Origin: Calditrichia bacterium
GTDB lineage: Bacteria; Calditrichota; Calditrichia; RBG-13-44-9; J075
Assembly: GCA_020635015.1 (NCBI GenBank)
Contig: JACKAP010000006.1
Span: forward strand, 76,998-140,997
Reading direction: 5' to 3'
Length of the DNA stretch: 64,000 bases
Shown here: positions 55,141 to 63,952 of the stretch, one piece after another
Layout of the letters: every line of letters starts with the position of its first letter
Position numbering within the stretch: position 1 is the first letter of the stretch
Made by a program: the position numbers and the translations under genes
The notes under the pieces: model-generated
Told to the model about the DNA's origin: nothing
Database searches by the model: none
The model's input: the letters and a program-made list of their open reading frames with translations, nothing else

Positions 55141-55707
55141 ATGAAATCGTGCACAAGCGTCCGGGCGATGATGAGTGGGGTATTCATTTCGTTGGTGACC
55201 ATGTGCGCCTGCGCGCCATTAAACTCGGAACGGGAGGACGGTCGAAGTTATACCCCGCCTCCGAAGCCGAAGCAAACGACGACGGTTAAAGCTGATACTT
55301 CCGGTCAGAACGGGCCGGTAATCGGGCCGCCGCTGCCGCCGTCTTATAAAAAACCGGAAAACCCCAAGCCCAAAGCCGTAACACCCGCGCCGAAAGCGGA
55401 GAAGGTCTATTATGGGAAGGCGGTTTATATCGACAATCAGCTGCACGGCCGGCCGACGGCCAGTGGCGAGCGTTACGACCGCACCAAATTTACTGCCGCC
55501 CATATTTTTTTGCCGTTTGGCACCATCTGCCGGGTAACCAACCTGGCCAACGGAAGGACCGTCAATGTGCGGATCAATGACCGCTGCAAGAATGTCGACA
55601 ATCGGGTGATCGACCTCTCTTACGCCGCAGCGGAGGAATTGGACGCGATTCTGGCGGGGGTCATCAATGTAAAAATTGAAGTGGTTAAAGAAGTGGAGTA
55701 TCCGTGA
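55141..55707 (+). CDS. RlpA-like (DPBB domain) lipoprotein
   Basis: Lipobox-like LVTMCAC. GRPTASGERYDRTKFTAAH...VNVRINDR. AGGAGG RBS precedes ATG 55141. Confidence 0.8.
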   Translation: MKSCTSVRAMMSGVFISLVTMCACAPLNSEREDGRSYTPPPKPKQTTTVKADTSGQNGPVIGPPLPPSYKKPENPKPKAVTPAPKAEKVYYGKAVYIDNQLHGRPTASGERYDRTKFTAAHIFLPFGTICRVTNLANGRTVNVRINDRCKNVDNRVIDLSYAAAEELDAILAGVINVKIEVVKEVEYP

Positions 55708-55708
55708 G

Positions 55709-57028
55709 GTGAAAACCGCCTGTATCATCGGCGCCGGCGCCTCCGGTATTACCGCCGCGAAAACCTTCCGGGAGCAGGGAATTGATTTTGACTGCTTTGA
55801 GAAAGGTTCCGGTATCGGCGGCAACTGGCGCTACGGAAACGACAACGGGATGTCTTCCGCCTACCGCTCCCTGCATATCATCTCCAGCAAGTGGAACATG
55901 CAGTATTCCGATTATCCCATGCCGGAAGATTTTCCCGACTACGGCCATCACAGCGATGTACTGCGTTATTTCGAGAATTATGTCGATCACTTTGGCATTC
56001 GCGAGACCATCCGCTTTCATTGCGAAGTGAAAGAGGTGACGCCGCACTCCCGGGATGGCTGGGAGGTGACCCTCGCAGGGGGCGAGCGCCGGAACTATCG
56101 TGCGGTGGTGGTGGCCAACGGCCATCACTGGAATCCCCGCTGGCCGGAATTTCCCGGAAGCTTTCACGGAGAAGCAATCCATTCTCATCATTATAAAACG
56201 CCCGAGGCCTTTGAAGACAAAAATGTGCTGATCGTCGGGATCGGAAATTCCGCCTGCGATATTGCGGTCGACCTCTCCCGCCTGGCCCGCACGGTGCATC
56301 TTTCTACCCGGCGCAGCGCCTATGTGCTTCCGAAATATGTGCTGGGAATTCCCAATGATCAATGGCTTCATCCGCTGTTCGATTATTTCCCGCTGGCCCT
56401 GCGTCGCACCGCCTTCCGGATATTGGCCTACATGACCGTTGGTAACCAGGAGCGCTACGGCCTGCCCCGGCCCCGCCACAAATTGTTGCAGGAGCATCCC
56501 ACTCTGAATCAGGAATTTTTGTCCTACGTGGGACACGGGCGGATCAAGATCAAACCGGATATCCGCGAACTGCAGGGGGAACGGGTGGGGTTCGTCGACG
56601 GCAGCAGTGAACCGTTCGATACGATCATTTATGCCACCGGCTATAACATCACCTTTCCGTTTCTGAAGCCGGAAGTGTTTACGGTGCAGGACAACCGGGT
56701 ACACCTTTACCGGCGGGTGATCGATCCGGAATTGCCCAACTTGTTCTTCCTGGGGCTGATCCAGCCCCTCGGGGCGATCATGCCCCTGGCGGAGTTGCAG
56801 GCCCGCTGGATCGCCGGGCTGCTGAACGGCGAGATGGCCCTGCCGGACGAAGGGCGGATGCGCCGCGATATCGAGGCCGATCGTTCCCTCCTGCGCCGCC
56901 GCTACACCGACTCCGCCCGCCATACCATCCAGGTGGATTTTTGGGATTATGTGCACCAACTGAAGCGGGAAATGCGGAAAGGGAAGAAGCTTGCTGATAG
57001 GAAAAGGAGGATGAAGGGTGAAGGATAA
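55709..57028 (+). CDS. flavin-containing monooxygenase
   Basis: FAD motif ACIIGAGASGITAAK, FMO motif FHGEAIHSHHYK and NADPH motif VLIVGIGNSACDIA. GTG start 2 nt after the RlpA-like stop. Confidence 0.85.
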   Translation: MKTACIIGAGASGITAAKTFREQGIDFDCFEKGSGIGGNWRYGNDNGMSSAYRSLHIISSKWNMQYSDYPMPEDFPDYGHHSDVLRYFENYVDHFGIRETIRFHCEVKEVTPHSRDGWEVTLAGGERRNYRAVVVANGHHWNPRWPEFPGSFHGEAIHSHHYKTPEAFEDKNVLIVGIGNSACDIAVDLSRLARTVHLSTRRSAYVLPKYVLGIPNDQWLHPLFDYFPLALRRTAFRILAYMTVGNQERYGLPRPRHKLLQEHPTLNQEFLSYVGHGRIKIKPDIRELQGERVGFVDGSSEPFDTIIYATGYNITFPFLKPEVFTVQDNRVHLYRRVIDPELPNLFFLGLIQPLGAIMPLAELQARWIAGLLNGEMALPDEGRMRRDIEADRSLLRRRYTDSARHTIQVDFWDYVHQLKREMRKGKKLADRKRRMKGEG

Positions 57029-57145
57029 AGGGCAAAGGATAAAGGGCAAAGGATAAAGGAATAACCTTGATTGACATTGGGACTGGATTTTGTTCTGTTT
57101 CAGCATCCAGCATCCAGCATCCAGTACAACCCATCAACCCATTTA
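57008..57145. repeat. composite simple-repeat element: (GGATAAAGG/GGATGAA)n-core-(GCATCCA)n-(CAACCCAT)n
   Basis: Same module order as the element upstream of the S9 peptidase gene. It overlaps the last codons and the stop of the FMO gene. Confidence 0.85.
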
Positions 57146-57175
57146 CAAAAGAAAAACATCCACCATATCATACAC

Positions 57176-57946
57176 ATGCAACCAAAAACCATCTTCATCA
57201 CCGGCGCCGCTTCCGGGATCGGAGCGGCTACTGCCCGCAAGTTTCACGCGCAGGGCTGGTTTGTAGGTTTATATGATCTGAATCCCGCTCCGCTGGCTGA
57301 GTTGCAGCGCTCCCTGGGCACGGAAAACAGCTGCTTCATGGCCTTGGATGTACGCGACCGGGAGGCGGTGGCAGCGGCGATGGACCACTTCGGGGCGCAC
57401 AGCGGGGGGAGGATGAACCTGCTGTTCAACTGTGCCGGGATCATCGGCATCGGCCCCTTCGAGGACCTCCGGCTGGAAGATCACCTGCGTACGGCGGAGG
57501 TGAATTTTCAGGGGGTGCTCAACTGCACGTTTCTGGCTTTTCCGTTGCTGAAAGCAACTCCCGGCGCGCGGGTGGTCAGCATGTCCTCCGCCTCGGCCCG
57601 CTACGGCACGCCGGACTTTGCCAGCTACTCGGCCAGCAAATTCGCGGTGCGCGGCCTAACCGAAGCGCTGAATATCGAATGGCGCCGGCATGGCATCGTG
57701 GTCAGCGACATCATGCCTCCATTCGTTAATACCCCGATGATCCAGAGCGGGCCGGCCAGCAAGAGTTTCGAGCGGATGGGCATCCGTCTCAGGCCGGAGC
57801 AGGTGGCTGAGGTGGTCTGGAAAGCCGCCCGGGGAAACAAGGTGCACTATCCGGTCGGTTTGCAGTTCAAACTGCTCAACGCCCTCTCGGCCGTTTCGCC
57901 TGACTGGCTGACCCGCCGGGTGATGCGCTGGATTGGGGGATATTAG
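57176..57946 (+). CDS. SDR family oxidoreductase
   Basis: IFITGAASGIGAATA and YSASKFAVRGL motifs. Confidence 0.85.
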   Translation: MQPKTIFITGAASGIGAATARKFHAQGWFVGLYDLNPAPLAELQRSLGTENSCFMALDVRDREAVAAAMDHFGAHSGGRMNLLFNCAGIIGIGPFEDLRLEDHLRTAEVNFQGVLNCTFLAFPLLKATPGARVVSMSSASARYGTPDFASYSASKFAVRGLTEALNIEWRRHGIVVSDIMPPFVNTPMIQSGPASKSFERMGIRLRPEQVAEVVWKAARGNKVHYPVGLQFKLLNALSAVSPDWLTRRVMRWIGGY

Positions 57947-57973
57947 TGTGCGCTACCCGGGCTTTCGCAAGAA

Positions 57974-58045
57974 CAGATTCCTCACTTCGTTCGGAATGAC
58001 AGCACAAATGTCATTCCGAAGGCGCCAGCCGAGGAATCTGTAATT
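57974..58045. repeat. 72-bp hairpin element (cagattcctcacttcgttcggaatgaca / tgtcattccgaaggcgccagccgaggaatctg)
   Basis: Imperfect inverted repeat. A second, more degenerate copy is at 25511-25584, and related arms (gtcattgcgag) are at 36295-36416. Confidence 0.8.
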
Positions 58046-58054
58046 CTACAAGAT

Positions 58055-58678
58055 GTGACCATCTATGCCAAAAGGAGCGACGTGAAAAAAATTCTGATTA
58101 TCTTCGCCCACCCCGCGTTTCAGAAATCGCGGGTGAATGCCCGGCTGATCGAAGGGCTGGCTCAGATGGAAGGGATTACCTTCCACGATCTTTATCAGGC
58201 CTACCCGGAGTTCGACATCGATATCGCCGCCGAGCAGCAGCTGCTGACCGGGCATGACGTGATCGTGTTTCACCATCCCTTCTTCTGGTACAGCACCCCG
58301 GCGCTGCTCAAGGAGTGGCAGGATCTGGTGCTGGAGCATGGCTGGGCCTATGGCAGCCAGGGGAATCAGCTTAATGACAAGTGGTTTTTTAACATCATCA
58401 CCACCGGTGGCGGTGCGGCTGCCTACAGCCAGCAGGGCTATAATTTTTACACCATCCGCCAGTTGCTGGCGCCGATCGAACAGACTGCCAGGCTATGCAA
58501 GATGGTGTTTCTGCCGCCCTATGTGGTGCACGGCACCCACGCCATCACCCCAGAGGAAATCGAAGCATACCGGGAGAAAGGCCAACGGCTGCTGACGATG
58601 ATCCGCGATGGGGATTTTGACCTGGCGGCTGCCATGCAACTGCAATATTTAAATGATTATATGAAACGCTCAGACTGA
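58055..58678 (+). CDS. kefG: NAD(P)H oxidoreductase, KefF/KefG-type ancillary protein of K+ efflux system
   Basis: KILIIFAHPAFQKSRVN...HPFFWYSTPALLKEWQD flavodoxin-like fold. Located upstream of the kefC-like gene. The start may be GTG 58085. Confidence 0.75.
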   Translation: MTIYAKRSDVKKILIIFAHPAFQKSRVNARLIEGLAQMEGITFHDLYQAYPEFDIDIAAEQQLLTGHDVIVFHHPFFWYSTPALLKEWQDLVLEHGWAYGSQGNQLNDKWFFNIITTGGGAAAYSQQGYNFYTIRQLLAPIEQTARLCKMVFLPPYVVHGTHAITPEEIEAYREKGQRLLTMIRDGDFDLAAAMQLQYLNDYMKRSD

Positions 58679-58698
58679 TGACGATGTAATGCGGCGCA

Positions 58699-58798
58699 CT
58701 TTTGCATGGGGCATGGGGCATGGCGCCGTAATATGCAAGCGCATGGTCCGACACCCGCACTGTAATACACCATGCCCCATGCTCCTGGCCCCATGCAA
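58699..58798 (-). repeat. ~95-bp palindromic MITE/REP-like element, copy 3 (inverted orientation)
   Basis: Its reverse complement aligns with copies 1 and 2. Sits between kefG-like and kefC-like. Confidence 0.85.
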
Positions 58799-58875
58799 TA
58801 TAACTTGACACTATACTCAGTCTGAGCAGACTCATTCTGAGCGATCCGAAAAACTCAAAAACAGGAAATAGATCC

Positions 58876-60771
58876 ATGCACGAAGGCGGATTTTTTTATC
58901 AGGCATTTGTTTATCTCAGCGCAGCCGTTGTCTCGGTGCCGGTGGCCAAGCGGCTCGGCCTGGGCTCGGTGCTGGGATATTTGATCGCCGGCATCATCAT
59001 CGGACCTTTTGCCCTGGGCCTGGTGGGGGAGGAAGGGCAGGACGTGATGCATTTTGCCGAATTCGGGGTGGTGATGATGCTGTTTCTGATCGGCCTGGAA
59101 CTGCAGCCGGCCCTGCTCTGGAAGCTGCGCGTGCCGATCCTTGGCCTGGGTGGGCTGCAGGTTGGTTTGACCAGTGCGCTGATCCTCGGTGCGGGAATTG
59201 CTTTCGGACTGGCCTGGCAAACCGCTCTGGCGCTTGGGCTGACCCTGGCGCTCTCCTCTACGGCGATTGTGTTGCAGACCCTGAACGAAAAAGGGTTGAT
59301 GAAAACCGCCGGAGGCCAGAATGCTTTCTCGGTGCTGCTGTTCCAGGATATCGCAGTGATCCCGATCCTGGCGGTGATGCCGCTCCTGGCAAGCGGACAT
59401 GTTGCTGCGGGGTCCGGAGACGGGCATCATGCCGTCACCTGGGTGGAAGGGCTGCCGATCTGGGCCCAGACCGGGGTGGTGCTGGGGGTGGTGGTGATGA
59501 TCGTGCTGGCCGGCCAGTACCTGATCAGCCCCCTGTTCCGCATTATCGCCCGCACCCGCCTGCGGGAAATTTTTACCGCCGCCGCCCTGTTGCTGGTGAT
59601 CGGCATTGCCCTGCTGATGACCCAGGTGGGGCTCAGTCCGGCATTAGGCACCTTCCTGGCCGGGGTGGTGCTGGCCCAGAGCGAATACCGCCATGAGTTG
59701 GAAACCGATATCGAACCGTTCAAAGGACTGCTGCTGGGCCTGTTTTTCATTGCGGTGGGGGCTTCGATCGACTTCAACCTGATCGCCGCCGATCCCCTGT
59801 TGATCACCCAACTGGTGATCGCCCTGATCCTGCTGAAGTTCGTGGTGCTCTTCGTCACCGGTAAGTTTTTCCGCATGAGCCTGGATAATAACCTGCTTTT
59901 CGCCTTTGCCCTGGCCCAGGGCGGGGAGTTTGCCTTTGTGCTCTTCTCCTTTGCGGTGCAGAATCAGGTGATCCCCCCGGCGGTGGCCAATCCGCTGATC
60001 GCGGTGGTGGCAGTCTCCATGGCCCTGACCCCGCTGCTGATGCTGATCAACGAGAAGCTGATCCAGCCGCGCTTCGGCACCACCGAGAAGGCTGCCCGGG
60101 CCGCCGATGAAATCGATGAACAGAGCAAGGTGATCATCGCCGGCTTCGGCCGGGTGGGCAGCACCGTCGGCCGCTTTCTGCAGGCCAACGGGGTGCAGGC
60201 CACCTACCTGGATATCGATCCGGACAATGTCGACCTCCTGCGCAAGATGGGGCTGAAGGTATTTTACGGCGACGCCTCGCGCCATGACCTGCTCCATGCC
60301 GCCGGGGCCGGGGAAGCGGAACTGCTCATTGTGGCGGTGGACGATCCCGTCAAAACCCTGGCGATCGTGGAAACCGCCCGCAAGCACTATCCCAATCTGA
60401 AGATCATGGCGCGCAGCGTGGGCTGGACCGATTCCTACGATCTACTCGATGCCGGCATTGGCGATGTCTACCGCGAGACGCTCGACTCCGCCCTGCGTAT
60501 GGCGGCAGATGCCCTGCACCGGCTGGGATTCCGCCGCCATCAGGCCATGCGGGCGGTCAAAACTTTCCGCCGGCATGACGAGCGCTACCTGCGCGAGCTG
60601 GCCGCGATGCGCCACGACAGCAAAGCGCTGATCCGGGGCGCGCGACAGCGAATCGAAGACCTGGAGAAACTCATGCAGGAAGAGAGTGAGAATGTCGGCA
60701 AGCACAAAGACCTCGGATGGGATGCGACGACATTGATTGAAGAGTATGGAAAAATGCAATCGGATTCGTAG
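58876..60771 (+). CDS. kefC: glutathione-regulated K+ efflux system protein (KefB/KefC family, CPA2 + RCK domain)
   Basis: CPA2 membrane domain followed by an RCK/TrkA-N Rossmann motif VIIAGFGRVGSTVGRFL. 631 aa. Confidence 0.9.
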   Translation: MHEGGFFYQAFVYLSAAVVSVPVAKRLGLGSVLGYLIAGIIIGPFALGLVGEEGQDVMHFAEFGVVMMLFLIGLELQPALLWKLRVPILGLGGLQVGLTSALILGAGIAFGLAWQTALALGLTLALSSTAIVLQTLNEKGLMKTAGGQNAFSVLLFQDIAVIPILAVMPLLASGHVAAGSGDGHHAVTWVEGLPIWAQTGVVLGVVVMIVLAGQYLISPLFRIIARTRLREIFTAAALLLVIGIALLMTQVGLSPALGTFLAGVVLAQSEYRHELETDIEPFKGLLLGLFFIAVGASIDFNLIAADPLLITQLVIALILLKFVVLFVTGKFFRMSLDNNLLFAFALAQGGEFAFVLFSFAVQNQVIPPAVANPLIAVVAVSMALTPLLMLINEKLIQPRFGTTEKAARAADEIDEQSKVIIAGFGRVGSTVGRFLQANGVQATYLDIDPDNVDLLRKMGLKVFYGDASRHDLLHAAGAGEAELLIVAVDDPVKTLAIVETARKHYPNLKIMARSVGWTDSYDLLDAGIGDVYRETLDSALRMAADALHRLGFRRHQAMRAVKTFRRHDERYLRELAAMRHDSKALIRGARQRIEDLEKLMQEESENVGKHKDLGWDATTLIEEYGKMQSDS

Positions 60772-60792
60772 GGTAGGGTCGCGACCCTACCC
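60768..60792. repeat. second copy of the GTAGGGTAGGGTCGCGACCCTACCC palindrome
   Basis: Overlaps the kefC stop codon (TAG 60769-60771). Followed by (CCCCTCAA/CCCATCAA) repeats to about 60826. Confidence 0.9.
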
Positions 60793-60842
60793 ACACCCCT
60801 CAACCCCTCAACCCATCAACCATAACACGGAGCACATACATC

Positions 60843-61790
60843 ATGTCCCCCAAAGTCCACGGCATCCATCACGTTACTGCCATGGCCGGCGATCCCCAGC
60901 AGAATGTCGATTTTTATGCCGGCATTCTCGGGCTGCGCATGGTCAAAAAGACCGTCAATTTTGACGATCCGTTCACCTATCATTTTTACTATGGCGATGA
61001 TGCCGGCAATCCCGGCACGATCATGACCTTTTTCCCCTGGAGCTCTGCCGGGATGCGCGGCCGGATCGGCAATGGTCAGTTGAGCGTCACCTCCTTTGCC
61101 GTACCCGAAGGTTCACTGACCTTCTGGGAGGCGCGCCTGAAAGCGCATCGGGTAAAGATCCGGGGTATTTCCGAACGGTTTTCGGAAACGGTGCTCTCGT
61201 TTGACGATCCGGACGGGCTGTTGCTGGAACTGGTGAGTTCGCCGGCCGAGCGCCGTCCGGGATGGGAGAACGGCAGCATTCCTGCCGATCATGCCATCCG
61301 TGGGTTTTACAGCGTCACCCTTTCCCTGGCGGCCTACGAGCGAACCGCCGGTCTGATGACCTCCACCCTGGGTTACCAGGCGGTGGAGGACGCAGACAGC
61401 CGCTTTCGCTATGAATCCGGGACCGGGGGCCCTGGTACCTATGTCGACCTGTTTTGCCAGCCTTCCGCGCCCCGCGGCACGATGGGCGTGGGCGCGGTGC
61501 ACCACGTGGCCTGGCGGATCAACGACGACGAGTCCCAGCTGCAGCTTCGCCGGGAATTGCTCGCCTCCGGATACCAGGTCTCGCCGGTGATGGACCGGAA
61601 CTATTTCCATTCGATCTACTTTCGGGAGCCCGGCGGGGTGCTGTTCGAGGTGGCGACCGATCCCCCGGGTTTTGCAGTTGATGAACCGGCCGAGAGCCTG
61701 GGCCAGTCGCTGAAGCTGCCCCCCTGGCTGGAGAAGGAGCGGGCGTTGATCGAACAGAACCTGACGCCGGTAACGGTGCGGAAACCCTGA
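60843..61790 (+). CDS. VOC-family ring-cleaving dioxygenase (MhqO-like, two glyoxalase domains)
   Basis: HGIHHVTAMAGDPQQNVDFYAGILGLRMVKKTVNFDD, with a second VOC repeat GAVHHVAWRI. Confidence 0.75.
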   Translation: MSPKVHGIHHVTAMAGDPQQNVDFYAGILGLRMVKKTVNFDDPFTYHFYYGDDAGNPGTIMTFFPWSSAGMRGRIGNGQLSVTSFAVPEGSLTFWEARLKAHRVKIRGISERFSETVLSFDDPDGLLLELVSSPAERRPGWENGSIPADHAIRGFYSVTLSLAAYERTAGLMTSTLGYQAVEDADSRFRYESGTGGPGTYVDLFCQPSAPRGTMGVGAVHHVAWRINDDESQLQLRRELLASGYQVSPVMDRNYFHSIYFREPGGVLFEVATDPPGFAVDEPAESLGQSLKLPPWLEKERALIEQNLTPVTVRKP

Positions 61791-61877
61791 TGAAGGGAAA
61801 AGGATGAAGGATAAAGGATGAAGGATAAAGGGAAGAAGAATAGCCCCATTGTTCACGATGGGGAGGAGGAGTAGCCC

Positions 61878-62516
61878 ATGCAAGGACCTCATCAGGGGCA
61901 GCCGGTGATGCATGCCGGGGCTCCGCTCGATAAAGCCCGGGCGGCAATGATCATGATCCATGGCCGCGGTGCCGATGCCCGGGATATTCTCTCGCTGCTG
62001 CCGGAACTGAACTGTACGGATGTCGCCTGCCTGGCGCCCAATGCCGCCGGCAACACCTGGTATCCCTACAGCTTCCTGGCGCCGCTGGAACGCAACGAGC
62101 CGGGAATTTCCTCCGGCCTGCAGGTGATCGATGATCTGCTGGCCGATCTTGCCGCGCAGGGCTTTCCCCCGGAAAAAATTCTGCTGCTTGGATTTTCCCA
62201 GGGCGCCTGCCTGACTCTAGAATATGTTGCCCGCCATGCCCGCCGCTACGGCGGGGTGGCCGGACTTAGCGGGGGCCTGATCGGCGCGGAAGGTACCCCG
62301 CGCGACTATCCCGGCAATCTGGCCGGCACCCCGGTCTTCCTGGGATGCAGTGATATCGATTTTCATATCCCCAAAGAGCGGGTGTTGGAAACCGCCGCGA
62401 TTATGCGTGACCTGGGTGGAGAAGTGACCGACCGTCTCTACCCCGGGATGGGGCATACCATCAACGCCGATGAGATCCGGGTCGTGCGGGAGATGATCGC
62501 GCAGATCACTAAATAG
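61878..62516 (+). CDS. alpha/beta hydrolase, phospholipase/carboxylesterase family
   Basis: Nucleophile elbow LLLGFSQGACL. 212 aa. Follows the dioxygenase, as in mhqO/mhqD-type pairs. Confidence 0.75.
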   Translation: MQGPHQGQPVMHAGAPLDKARAAMIMIHGRGADARDILSLLPELNCTDVACLAPNAAGNTWYPYSFLAPLERNEPGISSGLQVIDDLLADLAAQGFPPEKILLLGFSQGACLTLEYVARHARRYGGVAGLSGGLIGAEGTPRDYPGNLAGTPVFLGCSDIDFHIPKERVLETAAIMRDLGGEVTDRLYPGMGHTINADEIRVVREMIAQITK

Positions 62517-62572
62517 TGTGCCGAAAGTGTATGTTTCGAGAGTGGAATAGAGCAGAGATTGTTGCCTGGAAA

Positions 62573-62655
62573 GCATTTCGCCACCGAGGCACAGAGCGCA
62601 CCAAGTGTTGTCAGGAAACAACGCATTTTATATCTGTGCATCGGTGGCGAAATGC
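62573..62655. terminator. long hairpin between convergent genes (possible bidirectional terminator or repeat element)
   Basis: Perfect 15-bp arms gcatttcgccaccga / tcggtggcgaaatgc, plus a further 7 bp (gcacaga / tctgtgc). Confidence 0.4.
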
Positions 62656-62668
62656 TAAACGCTTGGCA

Positions 62669-63952
62669 CTAAATTACCAGATCATCCTGGATCACCGCAT
62701 TCTTCGGAATCACTACGATGCCGTCCTGGATGATGTAGTTTTTGCCCTCTTCGTAATTGACCCGGCGGTGATTGGTGATGCGCACATTGTTGCCGATGCG
62801 GGCATTCTTGTCGATAATCGTCCGTTCGATCACCGCATTTTCGCCCACCCCGATCAGGGGAATGCCTTTCTCCCGGTTTTCTTTTTTCTCCGCGGCAGTT
62901 TCGAAAAAGTCCGATCCCATCATCACCACTTCTTTAAAATTACAGTTGTTGCCGACGATTGAGCGTGCCCCGATAATCGAGTCGCGGATCACCGAAGGGT
63001 TGATGATGCTGCCGTCGCCCAGGATAGAATGTTCGATATCGGATTTGAGCACCTTGGCGCCGGGCAGAAAACGCGGATGGGTGTAGATCGGCCGGTCTTC
63101 GTCATAAAAATTGAACTTCGGGAGGGGCCGGGTTAGATCAATGTGAGCGTCGAAAAATGAGCCAATGGTTCCGATATCTTCCCAGTAACCGTCAAAGAAA
63201 TAGGCAAATACGTTCTTGTTAGAAATGGCAAAAGGGATCACTTCCTTGCCGAAATCGGAATAGGAGGTGCCGTCCAACAGATCGCGCAATACCTGGTGAT
63301 TGAATACGTAGATCCCCATGGAGGCCAGGTGAGTGCGGCCGTTGGCAGGCACACCCTGCTTTTCGAAGACTGCTTCCGGCACTTTCAGATTTTCGAGCAA
63401 TTCCGCCTGCTTGGGTTTTTCATGAAAGGTGGTGATGCGCGAATCCCCGTCTACCTTCATCACCCCGAACTGAGTAGCGCGCTCCTGGGGTACCGGGATG
63501 ACCCCGATGGTGATATCGGCCTTCTTTTCGATATGGTAATTGACAAATTTGCTGTAGTCCATGCGGTAGAGATGGTCGCCGGACAGGATCAGCACATGGT
63601 CGCCATGTTCCTGAATAAACCGCAGGTTCTGCCGCACCGCGTCGGCTGTGCCCTGGTACCAGTCGCGATTCTCCATGGTTTGCTGGGCCGAGAGGATGGT
63701 GATGAAGTCTTTCGAAAAGATGCTAAAGCGGTAGGTCAGAAAAATATGCCGGTGCAGCGACTCTGCGCTGAACTGGGTACAGATATAAATCCGCCGGTAC
63801 CCGGAATGCAGGCAATTGGAGATCGGGATATCGATCAGGCGGAATTTTCCGGCGATAGGGACCGCCGGTTTGGAGCGGTATTTGGTTAAGGGGTACAGCC
63901 GGCTGCCCTGACCGCCGGCTAAAATCATGGTAACGACCTTGGAAGATGCCAT
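62669..63952 (-). CDS. glgC: glucose-1-phosphate adenylyltransferase
   Basis: ILAGGQGSRLYPLTKYRSKPAVPIAGKFRLIDIPISNC. C-terminal left-handed beta-helix region. Confidence 0.9.
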   Translation of the reverse strand: MASSKVVTMILAGGQGSRLYPLTKYRSKPAVPIAGKFRLIDIPISNCLHSGYRRIYICTQFSAESLHRHIFLTYRFSIFSKDFITILSAQQTMENRDWYQGTADAVRQNLRFIQEHGDHVLILSGDHLYRMDYSKFVNYHIEKKADITIGVIPVPQERATQFGVMKVDGDSRITTFHEKPKQAELLENLKVPEAVFEKQGVPANGRTHLASMGIYVFNHQVLRDLLDGTSYSDFGKEVIPFAISNKNVFAYFFDGYWEDIGTIGSFFDAHIDLTRPLPKFNFYDEDRPIYTHPRFLPGAKVLKSDIEHSILGDGSIINPSVIRDSIIGARSIVGNNCNFKEVVMMGSDFFETAAEKKENREKGIPLIGVGENAVIERTIIDKNARIGNNVRITNHRRVNYEEGKNYIIQDGIVVIPKNAVIQDDLVI

